Shown here piece after piece: positions 62,309 through 64,000 of a stretch of DNA of 64,000 nucleotides. The notes beneath the pieces are model-generated. The model saw only the letters and a program-made list of their open reading frames with translations, searched no databases and was not told the DNA's origin. Position numbers and translations under genes: made by a program. Every line of letters begins with the position of its first letter. Positions within the stretch are counted from its first letter, which is position 1. Source of the DNA: a virus. Where the stretch lies: IMG/VR virus record IMGVR_UViG_3300045988_162375, positions 746 to 64,745 of that record, one strand, 5' to 3'.

Positions 62309-63352
62309 ATGCAATTTACATTAGGACCGACCACTGTTACTAAAGAACTAATTCTGAACAGTGTAAGTGAAGAAACTTTAATGGAGCATTATTTAGGAGT
62401 CCCTGTGAAAAAGGGACTCCTAAAATCTCCGTTAAGACAAGATAATAAACCCACTTGTGCTTTTTATAGAAACAAGAAAGGAGATCTTATATTTAAGGAC
62501 TTCCGTGGTGATTTTTCAGGTAATTTCATTTCGGTTGTAATGTATAAATTTCAATGCTCTTACGGAAAAGCCTTAAATATTATTGCTAATGACTTTGGAA
62601 TAGTCTCTCGACCTAAACTGCAAGTTAATCCCCCTCTTATTAAATATACAAATAAAAAGTTTGAGGAAACACAAGAAGCTATTATACAAATAGAAGTGAA
62701 GGATTTTGAACAGTATGAGTTAGATTGATGGCTAAAATTTGGAGTTACTAGAAAGATATTAAGGAAATTTAGAATATTTTCCTGTAAGAACGTTTTTCTA
62801 AATGGAAACATATTTCATCTTCATAAAGATAAACAATTAGTTTTTGGATATTTTGGAGGTATTCGAGAAGATATTGAACGCTGGAGAATATATTTTCCTG
62901 GCAATACAAAGTATAAATTTATATCTAATTGAAAATCTTTTAGGTTGCAGGGAGCACATGCTCTTCCCAAAGAGGGAGGAGAATATCTTGCAATTACTAA
63001 ATCTTTAAAAGATGTTGCATGTTTATATAGTTGTGGTATTACAGCTATAGCCCCAATTTCTGAGAACTGTTTTGTTACAGAGGCTCAATTTGAAAGGCTA
63101 AGTAAAAAATTTAAAAAAATTATTCTTTTTTACGATAATGACTCTGCTGGAATAACTCACATGAATAAGTTTAGAAAACAATTTCCAGATGTTTATGTGT
63201 TATGAATCCCCCGTCATTTTGGCGCGAAAGATATTTCTGACTATTATAAGAAGTATGGTAGGGAAAAAACACTGAACTTAATCGAACAAGCTAAACTTAA
63301 GGTTAATGCCGAAGAAGAAAGAAGAAGAAAGTCCAAAGAAAAAGAGGTCTAA
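62309..63352 (+). CDS. DnaG-type primase (Toprim domain), 348 codons with 3 in-frame TGA
   Basis: Track ORFs 62309-62728 and 62945-63205 share a frame through TGA; Toprim ILFYDNDSAGITHM; putative zinc-binding N-terminal region. Confidence 0.45.
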
Positions 63353-63701
63353 ATCATACTCTAGAACTAAAGGACATTCATATGAAACTAAAATAGCTAA
63401 GGAACTTAGGGAATTAGGATACGAAGGAATTGTTACCTCCAGATCTGAATCTAAATCTACTGATGATAAGAAAGTAGATTTGATTGATACTCAAAACCAA
63501 TTTCCTTACTATGTTCAGTTAAAGTGTACCCAGAATACTCCAGCATATCATCAAATAAGTGCAGAGTGTCCATTAAAGGATAAACCATTTATTTTAATCT
63601 GAAATAAACAAGTTAAAAAGCAGACTAATATTTGCTCAGCTGGAGAAGTTGTTATTATTCCTAAAGAAGAATTTTATAAATTAATTAAATTGAAAGAGTA
63701 G
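63306..63701 (+). CDS. hypothetical basic protein, possible PD-(D/E)XK nuclease, 1 in-frame TGA
   Basis: ...VDLIDTQNQFPYYVQLKCTQ...; the frame continues through TGA at 63600 to TAG at 63699; overlaps the primase 3' end in another frame. Confidence 0.3.
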
Positions 63702-63730
63702 AAGAGGGATCTTCTGCTCTTTTTTGTTAT

Positions 63731-64000
63731 ATGAAAACATTATTTGTATTTCAAATTCAATCATTTACTGATGTGGTTACAAATAGTTCTAGTGAGCTGT
63801 TTGTATTTACTGGAACCACTGAAGTTGTAAGTGATATATTAGATTCTAATGTTCCAGGATGGGAACACGAATATGATGACCCACAGTCAGTACAGGATTT
63901 AAGTCCCAGCTCTTTAGAAACTTATCTTTCTTATGCTTACAACAATTATGATTGGAACTGGGACAATAAACGAATAACTAGAGAAACAAGTAGACAAACT
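63731..64000 (+). CDS. hypothetical protein (truncated by window end)
   Basis: ATG at 63731, open to end of window. Confidence 0.3.
   Translation, partial: MKTLFVFQIQSFTDVVTNSSSELFVFTGTTEVVSDILDSNVPGWEHEYDDPQSVQDLSPSSLETYLSYAYNNYDWNWDNKRITRETSRQT

Noticed and set aside
1-64000. CRISPR array
   Set aside because: No regularly spaced direct repeats. The only tandem repeats are the short iterons near 6.4 kb and scattered 20-nt repeats

Overview
This 64 kb window looks like a segment of a large, AT-rich (about 30% GC) tailed-phage-like genome. It is gene-dense on both strands and phage-typical: two peptidoglycan hydrolases, a RepA_N-like initiator beside direct repeats (iterons), an SF2 helicase, a DnaB-family helicase, a Toprim primase, RNase H, proteins with SSB-like acidic tails, three HNH endonucleases, one GIY-YIG endonuclease, and about 30 tRNA or tRNA-like genes concentrated at 18-30.7 kb. 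The strongest sequence-level observation is sense-codon use of TGA throughout the AT-rich genes, including early replication genes. In RNase H, TGA falls at two conserved Trp positions (DLW, WVKGH), so TGA most likely encodes Trp (code-4-like). The six-frame ORF track therefore fragments many genes; I merged fragments wherever the frame runs through TGA. No tRNA with a UCA anticodon was found in this window. Higher-GC blocks (3.2-4.8, 7.4-10.1, 11.1-13.9, 14.6-17.9 kb) are interleaved with the AT-rich genes. They never use TGA, and they include an ABC transporter operon and a BacNaV-like 6TM voltage-gated channel. A putative counter-defence and nucleotide-metabolism island lies at 32.9-43 kb. 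It holds a NADAR-domain protein, a vWA protein with Ro60-like architecture, a PncA / NAMPT-family / NadE / Prs-family NAD+ salvage and reconstitution set (NARP1-like), a short PurA/PurZ-like adenylosuccinate-synthetase homolog, and a GuaC/IMPDH-family enzyme. The tRNA region is odd. Two tRNA genes are split by endonuclease-encoding insertions. Two loci carry a tRNA 3' half immediately upstream of its complementary 5' half, which could be permuted genes or deletion remnants. Several tRNAs with long variable arms carry anticodons that normally belong to short-arm isotypes. All coordinates are hand-derived from the printed sequence and may be off by 1-3 nt. One spot near 29.1 kb disagrees with the ORF track by 1 nt.
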